Origin: Clostridia bacterium
GTDB lineage: Bacteria > Bacillota > Clostridia > UMGS1883 > UMGS1540
DNA: 64,000 nt
Direction of reading: 5' to 3'
Assembly: GCA_045533905.1 (NCBI GenBank)
Contig: JAZSIR010000006.1
Span: 1 to 64,000 of the forward strand
Every line of letters starts with the position of its first letter. Positions within the stretch are counted from its first letter, which is position 1. Below, in pieces: positions 55,404 through 64,000 of this stretch. The notes under the pieces were generated by a model. That model was not told where the DNA came from and did no database searches. It was given only the letters and a program-made list of their open reading frames with translations. Both the position numbers and the translations under genes were made by a program.

Positions 55404-56936
55404 ATGCGAAAAATTCTTTGTATACTGCTGGTGCTTACGCTCTGCGGTTGCCGCGGGCCCGCCGCACCGGAGGACGGAGTGGCCGCGCCGACAGGTGACT
55501 TCACGCTCGCCATGCGCACACCCGAAAGCCTTGACCCCCTTCGCGCTACGGAGGAGACGGCGGCACTCGTTTTTGACCTTGTATATGACAGCCTCGTGTA
55601 TGTAGACCGCGAAATGCGCCCTGTTCCCTACCTTGCGGAAAGCTGCACGCTTTCCGAAGACGGGCGCACGATTTCGTTTGTTCTGCATGACGGTATCCTC
55701 TGGCACGACGGTGCGGCCTTCACCTCGCAGGATGTGGTGCACACCATCGAGCGCATCCGCGCGCTCGGCGAGGAATCGATGTACTATAACCGCATCGCCC
55801 ATATCGAGGGCGTGGAAATCACCGATATATTGCATTTTTCCATAAAGCTTGCAAAGCCGCACGTGATGGTCCTAAATCTCCTCGATTTTCCCATTGTGCC
55901 ATGCCACCGCACGGATCTGGACACGAATATGGTCGGCACAGGGCAGTATAAGCTTGAAAATTACACCACGAACAAGCAGCTGACGCTTCTGAAAAACGAA
56001 GGGTGGACGCTTTCCGACCCGCCTGCCACCGAGCGCATCTATGTAAAAATGGTGCAGAGCACGTCCGATGCGGCAAGCCTTGTTAAAATCGGGGAAGTGA
56101 CGGCCGTGGCGGCGAATATGCACACGGTCGGCGGCCTCGGCATCGGGGAAAATATGCGCATCACGCAGTATCCCACACTTCAGTATGAATTTGTCGGCTT
56201 CAATCTCGAGGATGCGCACCTTAAAAGAAGCGGCGTAAGAGAAGCCATCACCTATGCCATCGACCGCGCCAAAATCATAGAGGACGTATTCCTCGGCTAC
56301 GGCAGCGCCGTCGCGGTGCCCGTGCCGCCCTCGTCCTATCTGTACATCGGAGAGGCCGATAAAAAGGTGCGAAACCTCGAAGCGGCCCGCGCCGCCCTTT
56401 TTGCGGAAGGGTATGTGATAGAAGAGGGCGTGGCCAAAAAAATCCGCGAGGATGAAACAGAGGAACAGCTTTCGCTTTCACTTTTGATAAATGAAGAGAA
56501 TGAAGAACGAAAAAAGTACGCCGAAAAAATCCGGAAGGACCTTTCGGAAATCGGCATTTCGGTCACCGTTACGGCGCTTCCGTTCTCAGAATATACGGCG
56601 CGGCTCGCGTCGGGCGAATTTGATATGTACGCCGGCGGCTGCCGCTTCTCGGCAGATCTTGATTTTTCCTTCCTTTTCGGGGCGGGGAAACTCCAGCAGG
56701 ACGGTTACGATTCTCCCGAGATGGCCGAGGCGCTTTCGGCAATCGCCCCGCAGAAAACGGATGAAACGATTCGTGCGGCGTACGGGAAGGTGCAGGAGGT
56801 GCTCCTTCGTGACCTGCCGATGGCGGGCATCTGCTTTTTAGACGGTGCACTCGTGCACACCGATGCGCTCTGCGGCGTAGAAAATCCCGCAGGCTCAAAG
56901 CTTTACAGAAATATCGGCAAATGGTATCTTGCATAA
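55404..56936 (+). CDS. ABC transporter substrate-binding lipoprotein, family 5
   Basis: Lipobox LCGC; LDPL, LAES, WHDG, GTGQYK, VREAITYAIDR. Confidence 0.88.
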   Translation: MRKILCILLVLTLCGCRGPAAPEDGVAAPTGDFTLAMRTPESLDPLRATEETAALVFDLVYDSLVYVDREMRPVPYLAESCTLSEDGRTISFVLHDGILWHDGAAFTSQDVVHTIERIRALGEESMYYNRIAHIEGVEITDILHFSIKLAKPHVMVLNLLDFPIVPCHRTDLDTNMVGTGQYKLENYTTNKQLTLLKNEGWTLSDPPATERIYVKMVQSTSDAASLVKIGEVTAVAANMHTVGGLGIGENMRITQYPTLQYEFVGFNLEDAHLKRSGVREAITYAIDRAKIIEDVFLGYGSAVAVPVPPSSYLYIGEADKKVRNLEAARAALFAEGYVIEEGVAKKIREDETEEQLSLSLLINEENEERKKYAEKIRKDLSEIGISVTVTALPFSEYTARLASGEFDMYAGGCRFSADLDFSFLFGAGKLQQDGYDSPEMAEALSAIAPQKTDETIRAAYGKVQEVLLRDLPMAGICFLDGALVHTDALCGVENPAGSKLYRNIGKWYLA

Positions 56937-56952
56937 GAAAGGAACGCGGAAA

Positions 56953-58185
56953 ATGAAAAACGTATTTGTACCGGCAGACATTCTTCTGCCGAAAACGAAG
57001 GACTGGGAGAAATGGAGTGTGGTCGCGTGTGACCAGTACACCTCCGAGCCCGAATACTGGGAAGAGGTGGAAAAGATTGTAGGCGATGCGCCCTCCACCT
57101 TGCGCCTTACGCTTCCCGAAATTTATCTCGAAGGGGAAGATGCTCCCGAAAGAATCGAAAAAATCGGCGAAGCGATGAAAAAATACGCGCCCGATATGGA
57201 GCTTTTCCCAAGCAGCTTTATCTATGTGGAAAGAACGATTGGGGACGGCAAGTGCCGCCGCGGCATTGTGGGCGCGGTGGACCTTGCATGTTATAACTAC
57301 GAAAAGGGCGCAAAATCGCCCATCCGTGCAACGGAAGGCACCGTAATTGAAAGAATTCCGCCGCGCCTTCGCGTAAGAGAGGGCGCCACGATGGAGCTGC
57401 CGCACGTGATGATCCTCATTGACGACCGCGAAAAGACGGTGATTGAGCCTCTTTCAGAGAAAAAGGGCGAAGCCGTATATGACTTTGAGCTTATGATGGG
57501 TGGCGGGCATATAAAAGGCTACCGCGTTCCGGATGCGGAGGCCGAAAGAATCCAAAAAGCAATCGCCGCACTCGGCGAAGACTTCTGCAGAAGAACGGGC
57601 GAGGAAAACCCCTTCGTTCTTGCGATGGGGGACGGAAACCACTCCCTCGCCACCGCAAAGGCATACTATGAAAATCTCAAGAAAACGCTTTCTCCCGCGG
57701 AAGCGGCCGCGCATCCGGCAAGATACGCGCTTTGCGAAATTGTAAATCTGTATGACGATTCGCTCGTGTTCGAGCCGATTCACCGCGTGGTATTCGGCGT
57801 AGAGCCCGAAAAGCTTCTCGCAGATTTTGCGGCTTTCTGCAAGGAAAACGAAAGTGACAATGCACCCCAAGAGATTCCCTACTACTACGCGGGCGGCGAA
57901 GGCGTTTTGAAAATTGAAAAGCCGGTGTCTCCCCTTGCGGTCGGCACGCTGCAGCGTTTTCTCGATGAAAAGGGCATCAAAACCGACTATATCCACGGCG
58001 ACGAGGTTACAAAGCGCCTCGGGCGCGAGGCAGGAAATATGGGCTTCCTTCTGCCGCCGATGGAAAAAACGGCACTTTTTGATACGATAGAGGCCGACGG
58101 CGTTCTGCCGCGCAAAACCTTCTCCATGGGCGAAGCGAATGAAAAACGCTTCTATCTGGAAGCACGTAAAATTGTAAAGGACTAA
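56953..58185 (+). CDS. DUF1015-family protein
   Basis: WSVVACDQYTS, IRATEGT, GDGNHSLATAK, LPRKTFSMG. Confidence 0.8.
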   Translation: MKNVFVPADILLPKTKDWEKWSVVACDQYTSEPEYWEEVEKIVGDAPSTLRLTLPEIYLEGEDAPERIEKIGEAMKKYAPDMELFPSSFIYVERTIGDGKCRRGIVGAVDLACYNYEKGAKSPIRATEGTVIERIPPRLRVREGATMELPHVMILIDDREKTVIEPLSEKKGEAVYDFELMMGGGHIKGYRVPDAEAERIQKAIAALGEDFCRRTGEENPFVLAMGDGNHSLATAKAYYENLKKTLSPAEAAAHPARYALCEIVNLYDDSLVFEPIHRVVFGVEPEKLLADFAAFCKENESDNAPQEIPYYYAGGEGVLKIEKPVSPLAVGTLQRFLDEKGIKTDYIHGDEVTKRLGREAGNMGFLLPPMEKTALFDTIEADGVLPRKTFSMGEANEKRFYLEARKIVKD

Positions 58186-58190
58186 TTTAT

Positions 58191-59084
58191 ATGTCATTTG
58201 CATCAGAAACGAAAAATGAATTACTGGAAGCGGAAATCCGCGATGCCTGCTGCATCCGTGCGGAGCTTCTCGGGCTTATGTGCTTTGCCGGGGCCGTCGT
58301 GCCGCCGGGACGCGTGCGCATTTCCACCGAAAGCGCCGCCGTGGCACAGCGTGCCTATTCGCTTATAAAGGCGTTTTTGGATATTTCGGGCGATATTGTC
58401 ACAAAGCCGGTGCGCGGCAAAACCACCCACGCGATTGAGGTGCGCGCAGAAGCGGATGCGATGCGGCTTTTGTCAGCGCTCGGGCTTCTTTCGAAAAACG
58501 GCATCGTATTCCGCGGAAGCGGGATAGACGAGGCCTGCTGCCGCCGTGCCTTTTTACGCGGCGCCTTTTTGGGGGGCGGCACGGTCACAAATCCGGAGAA
58601 GGAATACCATATGGAAATTTCCTCGCCAAGAGGCGACCTTGCCGAAGATGTGGTCCGCGCTTTTGAGAGCTTCGGCCTTCGTGCGCGCACGTTTTCGCGA
58701 AAAGGAAATACCGTGGTATACTTCAAAAACAGCGAAGAAATCGGCGATGCCTTAAATATTATCGGCGCGTCGATGGCGTATATGGAATTTACGTCTGTCC
58801 GCATCCTAAAGGAGCGGCGAAACAGCGTAAACCGCCGCGTCAACTGCGATTCGGCAAACCTCGATAAAACGGTGGATGCCGGCAGAGCGCAGATTGCGGC
58901 CATCCGAAAACTGGAAGCGGCGGGGCGGCTTTCCACGCTTCCCGAGTCTCTTTGCGAAGCGGCCACGGTGCGCCTTTCGAATCCCGAGGCCACGCTTTCG
59001 GAAATGGCGGCGCTTCTGAAAATCAGCAAATCGGGTGTCGCACACCGCATGCGAAAGCTTACGGAAATGGCGGAAACACTTTAG
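58191..59084 (+). CDS. whiA: DNA-binding protein WhiA
   Basis: MSFASETKNEL, FLRGAFLGGG, RNSVNRRVNCDSANLDK, SKSGVAHR. Confidence 0.95.
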   Translation: MSFASETKNELLEAEIRDACCIRAELLGLMCFAGAVVPPGRVRISTESAAVAQRAYSLIKAFLDISGDIVTKPVRGKTTHAIEVRAEADAMRLLSALGLLSKNGIVFRGSGIDEACCRRAFLRGAFLGGGTVTNPEKEYHMEISSPRGDLAEDVVRAFESFGLRARTFSRKGNTVVYFKNSEEIGDALNIIGASMAYMEFTSVRILKERRNSVNRRVNCDSANLDKTVDAGRAQIAAIRKLEAAGRLSTLPESLCEAATVRLSNPEATLSEMAALLKISKSGVAHRMRKLTEMAETL

Positions 59085-59152
59085 GGAATACTTGTCTTTT
59101 CTCCGGCATAAGAATGTAAGGAATTGTATCTTGCACACAGGGGGAAAAGACG

Positions 59153-59302
59153 ATGAAATTTCTGCTGCGCACACTGGGGGCCCTTTTGCTTCTTGCGGCC
59201 GTGTGGTACATCCATAAGGCCGTGCCCGAAGCGGATTCGGTAATCCGAAGCTGTCTTACCGAATCGGTCAATACCGAAAAAATAATAGAAATGATAAAAT
59301 AA
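59153..59302 (+). CDS. small (49 aa) membrane/secreted protein missing from the ORF track
   Basis: MKFLLRTLGALLLLAAVWYIHK...; GGGGG RBS, sigmaE-like ATA-16-CATAAGAAT at 59088-59115, terminator at 59298-59326. Confidence 0.6.
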   Translation: MKFLLRTLGALLLLAAVWYIHKAVPEADSVIRSCLTESVNTEKIIEMIK

Positions 59303-59511
59303 AGGACTGCACGGCAGTCCTTTATTGATGGTACGGCAGAGAACGATTTCGTAAAAAGCAAGAAAAGACGGGGATTCTCGATGAATCTCCGTCATTAAAA
59401 TTTATAGTTCTTTGCGGGTGGAAAATGAATAATCAAAGTGTTTGTATTCTTGCGGTAGAGCAAGTTTTTCGATAGTCCCTTTTGGGGGATAGGAAAAAAA
59501 GAAGCAGAACT

Positions 59512-59806
59512 CGTCACCGCAAAGTTCGCTCACTACGCTTCCGCCTCATCGGCGAAATACTTCGCTCTGCTTCCTTGCGTCTCCTCCTCCCCAAAAGCGA
59601 GGCTTTTCGGGGACCCCTTTTTCCACCCGACGTCGTACGCAGGGTACTACGAGCGGTGGCGTTTTGGCGTAGCAAAAAGATTTACAAAACAGAGAAAAAT
59701 CGAAAGAAGTGAGATTTTTAACCGAAAAAGAAGTTTTTTGCTTTTTGCACTTCCTGTAGTTTGCGTTTTCATTATCTTTTTGCGTTCTGGACTTTTTTAC
59801 ATTCCC
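59512..59806 (-). repeat. mosaic of R1 (59618-59806) and R2 (59512-59617)
   Basis: Reverse complement shows the same R1-R2 junction as 29220-29498. Confidence 0.8.
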
Positions 59807-59807
59807 A

Positions 59808-62195
59808 TTATTCTTTTTCCTCTATAATGGCTTTGACTTTCTCTTCATACAAATCCGCAAGCTCCGCAGCATATTCCTCACGGGCGGCGTGTGTTACAAG
59901 GCGGCAAGCCGCACGCTCTTCGTCCGGCACAATAAAAACTGTGCCGTGCGGAAGGGAAAAACGGAGACCGCCCGCCTCGCCCGGCTCGGAAAGCGGCAGA
60001 AGCGCCCGCATAATCCGGCCCTTATCGCCTTCGGCGCAGGGCACCGCCCTTTGTACGGCAAAAAAGGCGGGGAGACTATCCAAAAGAGAAGAAAGAGGAA
60101 CGCCCTCTTCGCCGAGAAGGGCAAGGAGCCGCACCGTGCCGCCCACCGTATCAAAGGAAAGAAGATATTGCGCCCTACCCGCCTCGCCGCCCGATAAAAG
60201 CGCGCGCATCCGTACGGCGGGGGCATCCTCGGTGTACACGGCGCGCGTGCCCCACTTTTCGGCCATTTCCGAAAGGTACGAGGGGGCAGAAGCGGGAAGA
60301 TACAAAGGCTCGCCCCGATAGCGACGGAGAAGAAGCCGTGCAAAAAGCGCATCGCAAAGGCAGGCGGGCACTTCGCGGCCGCGCTCATCTACCAAAAGAA
60401 AAGACCCGTCTTCCGAACACGCGGCGCCAAAGGTAAACTTCTCCCGCGCGACGCGCCGGCGGAAGGCGCGGCGTGCTTCCTCATCCTTCGCATCTCCTTC
60501 TGCAAAGAAAACGGAAAAGCCGCCTTCCTTTGCCGCCGCCGAAAGAAGGCGGCGTGCTTCGGCATCCGCGCCGAAAAGAAGAACGCGGGCCCCTTTTGGC
60601 ACGCTGCTTTTCAAAATATGGCGAAGGTATGCCTTTTCGGCATCAAAGCCCGCGCGCGGCGGCTGTATATCTCGTGCTGCGGCAAAGGTAAAATCCTCGC
60701 GCAGGAAAAGGGAGTGGAGCTTTGCCGCTTCCGCCGTGGAAAGCGGAAGGCCGTCCTTCCCCCAGAAGGAAAGCGTACCCACCTCGCCCGAAGCGGCCAT
60801 ATGCACCGCGCCGCCTTTTGCGGCGATGCGAAGCGCTTCAGCTGGGGCGGTGCCAAAGTCCACGGTTTCGCTCCCGGTGGAAAGAACCCCTGCCATAAGG
60901 GCGGCAGAAAGCATCCCCGCGGCGGGGGAACCGTCAGAAGCGATGGCAACAGTTCCCGGAAAAAGCGAAGCGAAGGCCGCGCCGAAGCGGGCGACGGAAA
61001 ACGGCGTAAGCGCCTTACCGATAGGGCCCGAAAAGGTGCGGGCGGAAAACGTGTCCGGCGTAAGGGCGTGCCCCCAGACGAGGTTTTCGGAAAGCACTTC
61101 CCCCTCGCCGACGGCTTTGCCCGGCCAGATGCGAACGCCCGGGCGCACCACGGCACCTTTGCCGATGCGGCAGTCTGCCCCGATGGCCGACTGCTCATAC
61201 ACACACGCGCCTTCGCCTATAACGCTGTGCGCGCACACAATGCTGCCGCGGATTTGCGCATTTGCCTCCACGAAAACGCCGTTTGCAAGAATACTTCTTT
61301 TTACGGAGGCACCGGGGGAGACGGTGCAGCCGTCCCCTAAAACGGTGTAGGCCTCCACCTCGGCACCGCTTTCCACGCGTGTACCTTTGCCGAGAAAGAC
61401 CGGCGGCGTCACGTGTGCGCCGGCGGCTATTTCTGCGCCCTCATCGGTGTAGATGCCCGGCGCGATTGCGGGGGCGGGGATGGAAATGCGCGTTTTGCCC
61501 GCTAAAATATCATACTGTGCGTGGCGAAGTGCGTCGATATCGCCGATATCGCACCAAAATCCCTCACCCGCATAGCCGAAGAGAGGGCGGCCTTCTTCCA
61601 GAAGACGGGGAAAAACGTCCCGCGCAAAGTCCGATGGGAAGCGGTCTGCAAGAGAGAGAACAGAAGGCTTTAAGAGATAGATGCCTGTATTTACCATATC
61701 GCTTGTAACCCGCCCCCACGAAGGCTTTTCGAGAAAGCGGGTGATGTGCCCTTCGTCATCCGTGACCACAACGCCGTAGGAAAGCGGAAGCGCGCGGCGG
61801 CACAGAAGAAGGCTTGCCTCCGCCTCTTTTTCGCGGTGGAAGGCGAGAAAGGCGGAAAGGTCCATATCCGTGATGGCGTCGCCGCATAGAACGAGGAAGT
61901 CCCCGTCAATAAAATCGCCCGTGTTTTTCACGCTTCCTGCCGTGCCGAGCGGCGTATCCTCCATAAAATACGTAAGACGGACGCCAAAATCGCTGCCATC
62001 GCCAAAATAGGCGCGGATGGCCTCGGGCATATAGCCGAGCGTAATGCCGATATCCAAAATCCCGTGCTTTTTGAGAAGCCGGATGGCGTACTCGAGGACG
62101 GGGCGGCCGAGAATGGGCGCCATCGGCTTCGGGAGGGATGCGGTAACCGGGCGAAGGCGCGTGCCCTCGCCGCCTGCAAGGATGATTGCTTTCAT
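59808..62195 (-). CDS. NDP-sugar pyrophosphorylase (mannose-1-P guanylyltransferase-like) fused to a degenerate phosphomannomutase domain
   Basis: LAGGEGTRLRP, PKP, GTAG, EKP, WCDIG, hexapeptide repeats, then a PMM-like C-terminal half. Confidence 0.85.
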   Translation of the reverse strand: MKAIILAGGEGTRLRPVTASLPKPMAPILGRPVLEYAIRLLKKHGILDIGITLGYMPEAIRAYFGDGSDFGVRLTYFMEDTPLGTAGSVKNTGDFIDGDFLVLCGDAITDMDLSAFLAFHREKEAEASLLLCRRALPLSYGVVVTDDEGHITRFLEKPSWGRVTSDMVNTGIYLLKPSVLSLADRFPSDFARDVFPRLLEEGRPLFGYAGEGFWCDIGDIDALRHAQYDILAGKTRISIPAPAIAPGIYTDEGAEIAAGAHVTPPVFLGKGTRVESGAEVEAYTVLGDGCTVSPGASVKRSILANGVFVEANAQIRGSIVCAHSVIGEGACVYEQSAIGADCRIGKGAVVRPGVRIWPGKAVGEGEVLSENLVWGHALTPDTFSARTFSGPIGKALTPFSVARFGAAFASLFPGTVAIASDGSPAAGMLSAALMAGVLSTGSETVDFGTAPAEALRIAAKGGAVHMAASGEVGTLSFWGKDGLPLSTAEAAKLHSLFLREDFTFAAARDIQPPRAGFDAEKAYLRHILKSSVPKGARVLLFGADAEARRLLSAAAKEGGFSVFFAEGDAKDEEARRAFRRRVAREKFTFGAACSEDGSFLLVDERGREVPACLCDALFARLLLRRYRGEPLYLPASAPSYLSEMAEKWGTRAVYTEDAPAVRMRALLSGGEAGRAQYLLSFDTVGGTVRLLALLGEEGVPLSSLLDSLPAFFAVQRAVPCAEGDKGRIMRALLPLSEPGEAGGLRFSLPHGTVFIVPDEERAACRLVTHAAREEYAAELADLYEEKVKAIIEEKE

Positions 62196-62207
62196 ACGTG
62201 TTTCTCC

Positions 62208-62588
62208 TTAAAAAATATTGTAGAGGGAAAGCGCCTCGCGCTTTGGAATGTGGGCGATGAGGCTTTTCAGAATCTCCAGCGCGGCGAGAAGCTCGGGGCC
62301 TTCGGCGGAAGTCGCATACCCTCTTGCTTCGGCCGCTTCGAGCATAATGTCATCGAGAAGCGAGTGGTCGATAAAAAGCGCAAGGCGCGGGGAAACAGCG
62401 TCCCAGGACGCGGCAAAATGCTCCATTTTCGAATTCACCGCGGAAAAATCCCCCGCGCGGGTAGAGGTAATGAGCGCATCAATTTCCGAAAGAAGCGCTT
62501 CGCTTTCGCGCGAAAGGTAGGCAGAATAGGCGAAAAGACTTATAAGGATGGCGAGCAGTAATAAAAGAGAAACGAAAACCGTGCGCAT
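62208..62588 (-). CDS. DUF4363-family protein
   Basis: N-terminal TM, LFIDHSLLDDI, C-terminal LSLYNIF; follows DUF421. Confidence 0.75.
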   Translation of the reverse strand: MRTVFVSLLLLLAILISLFAYSAYLSRESEALLSEIDALITSTRAGDFSAVNSKMEHFAASWDAVSPRLALFIDHSLLDDIMLEAAEARGYATSAEGPELLAALEILKSLIAHIPKREALSLYNIF

Positions 62589-62589
62589 A

Positions 62590-63216
62590 TTATTCTCCTT
62601 CCTGTTGCTTTTTTTGGACAGAGAGGCCGCCGTCCTTCTGATAGGTGGCTAAGAATACATCCGAAGGGCGCGTTTCCCCGAGCATTTTCGAAAGCGCCGC
62701 GCGCGAAATGCCGCATTTTTTTAGGTTTTCGTCGATGATGCGCCCGTCGCTTATCAGCGTGTAGGGAATACGCGCATTTTTCGGGAAGGCGCTGATACTG
62801 CCGTCCGTTTCGAGGATGGCAATTTCCACTTCATCCACACTGCCGATGTCCTTTTTCCGAAGCTCGTCCTCAATATCGTCAATATTCACGCGCAGGCGCC
62901 GCATTTCGTTTTCATCTAAAACGCCGCCGCGGATTAAAATGGCGGGGCGGCCGAGTAAAAAGGCGCGCGCCCGCTTACTTTTTAAGGCAAGGAAAGAGAG
63001 AAGGACCTCTAAAATCACAAGCGCCGCAATCGGCACAAGGCCGGAAAGAAGGGGAATCCCCGTTTCCTGCATCGGCACGGCGGCAAGGTCGGAAAGCATC
63101 AGCGTCACCACAAGCTCAAACGGCTGCAGCTCTCCGATCTGCCGCTTGCCCATAATGCGCATGGCGAGGATTACAGCAAAATATAAGATGATAGTCCTTG
63201 CAAAGGAAATAATCAT
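62590..63216 (-). CDS. DUF421 / YetF-family membrane protein
   Basis: RIMGKRQIGELQPFE, AILETDGSIS motifs. Confidence 0.9.
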   Translation of the reverse strand: MIISFARTIILYFAVILAMRIMGKRQIGELQPFELVVTLMLSDLAAVPMQETGIPLLSGLVPIAALVILEVLLSFLALKSKRARAFLLGRPAILIRGGVLDENEMRRLRVNIDDIEDELRKKDIGSVDEVEIAILETDGSISAFPKNARIPYTLISDGRIIDENLKKCGISRAALSKMLGETRPSDVFLATYQKDGGLSVQKKQQEGE

Positions 63217-63302
63217 ATGATCGCCTCCCTCCGGAAGAAATTTCCGTAAATTCTTGCTTTTCGCGCCCTTTTTGGTGTATACTGAAAAAAGAAAGTTTCT
63301 CC

Positions 63303-63331
63303 TAGTATGCACAAAAAGCGGCAGGCTATGC
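63303..63331 (-). promoter_or_regulatory. sigmaG-type forespore promoter
   Basis: Minus strand GCATA-17nt-CATACTA upstream of the DUF421 gene. Confidence 0.65.
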
Positions 63332-63361
63332 CACTGATTTTTCGGGAAGGGAGGCGGAAAA

Positions 63362-64000
63362 ATGCTGCAGCCGAATGACGGCGTGGAAAAAATTGCGGGC
63401 GTAGGCCCGAAGAAAAAAGAACAGCTTGCAGAAATCGGCATTCACACGGTGCGCGATGTGCTTTTGCATGCACCGCTTCGGTATGAGGACCGCCGCAAGA
63501 GACGGTGCATATCCGAAATTTTGGATGGCGACACGGTTTCGTGCCTTGTGGCCGCCACGGGCAGAACGGTGGTGCGGCGCGAAGGCGGCCGCGCGCTCTA
63601 TCTGCAGACGTTTACCGACGGCACGGGCGACCTTACCGCCATCTGGCAAAATTCGCCGCATATTGCAAAAACGTTCCGCCACGGCGCGCGGTATGTGCTT
63701 TACGGCCGTGCCTTTGTGCGCGGGCGCGCCAAAAGAATGTTTTCGCCCCTTTTTGCGCCCGAGAGCGAGGCAGGCGAAAAAATCGGCGGCATTGTGCCGA
63801 TTTATCCGCTCGGCGCGTCCCTTTCGCAGAATTTTATGCGGAAAACAGTTGCCGCGGCACTTTCTGCAGTCGGGGCGATGCCCGATATTCTCCCGCCCGA
63901 GGTTTTGAAAACGGCGAGAATGCCCGCCCTTTCCGAGGCACTTTGTGCCCTTCACACGCCCGCGACTTTGGCGGAGGCGGAGACGGCACAAAACCGCCTG
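63362..64000 (+). CDS. recG: ATP-dependent DNA helicase RecG, N-terminal part (runs off the window)
   Basis: MLQPNDGVEKIAGVGPKK...LLHAPLRYEDR, DGTG, IVPIYP, ALCALHTP. Confidence 0.88.
   Translation, partial: MLQPNDGVEKIAGVGPKKKEQLAEIGIHTVRDVLLHAPLRYEDRRKRRCISEILDGDTVSCLVAATGRTVVRREGGRALYLQTFTDGTGDLTAIWQNSPHIAKTFRHGARYVLYGRAFVRGRAKRMFSPLFAPESEAGEKIGGIVPIYPLGASLSQNFMRKTVAAALSAVGAMPDILPPEVLKTARMPALSEALCALHTPATLAEAETAQNRL

Noticed and set aside
53347-56936. Orphan solute-binding lipoproteins without permeases
   Set aside because: Stand-alone binding proteins are common in Clostridia; nothing else unusual here

Overview
Origin-proximal chromosomal window of a spore-forming Clostridia-class (Oscillospirales/Monoglobales-like) bacterium. 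Left to right: a spoIIIAB-AH operon with a sigmaE-type promoter but no spoIIIAA in front of it; a compact ~9.4 kb minus-strand podovirus-like particle cassette (portal, Zn-finger protein, scaffold, major capsid, fibre, two holin-type genes, amidase, adaptor, nozzle, ejection-like protein) with no terminase, integrase, replication or repressor gene, which is a candidate domesticated GTA-like or delivery particle and the most notable feature; two SLH/S-layer genes; hexuronate/sugar genes; three tRNAs; housekeeping genes (acpP, rnc, polA, coaE, serS); parAB and parS directly abutting oriC-dnaA-dnaN-recF-gyrB-gyrA; whiA; a sigmaG-type DUF421 operon; and the start of recG. Intergenic regions carry at least three families of dispersed, covarying hairpin modules assembled into mosaics, plus a heptamer-repeat element associated with a four-helix-bundle gene. 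All calls come from reading motifs by eye; no database search was run.
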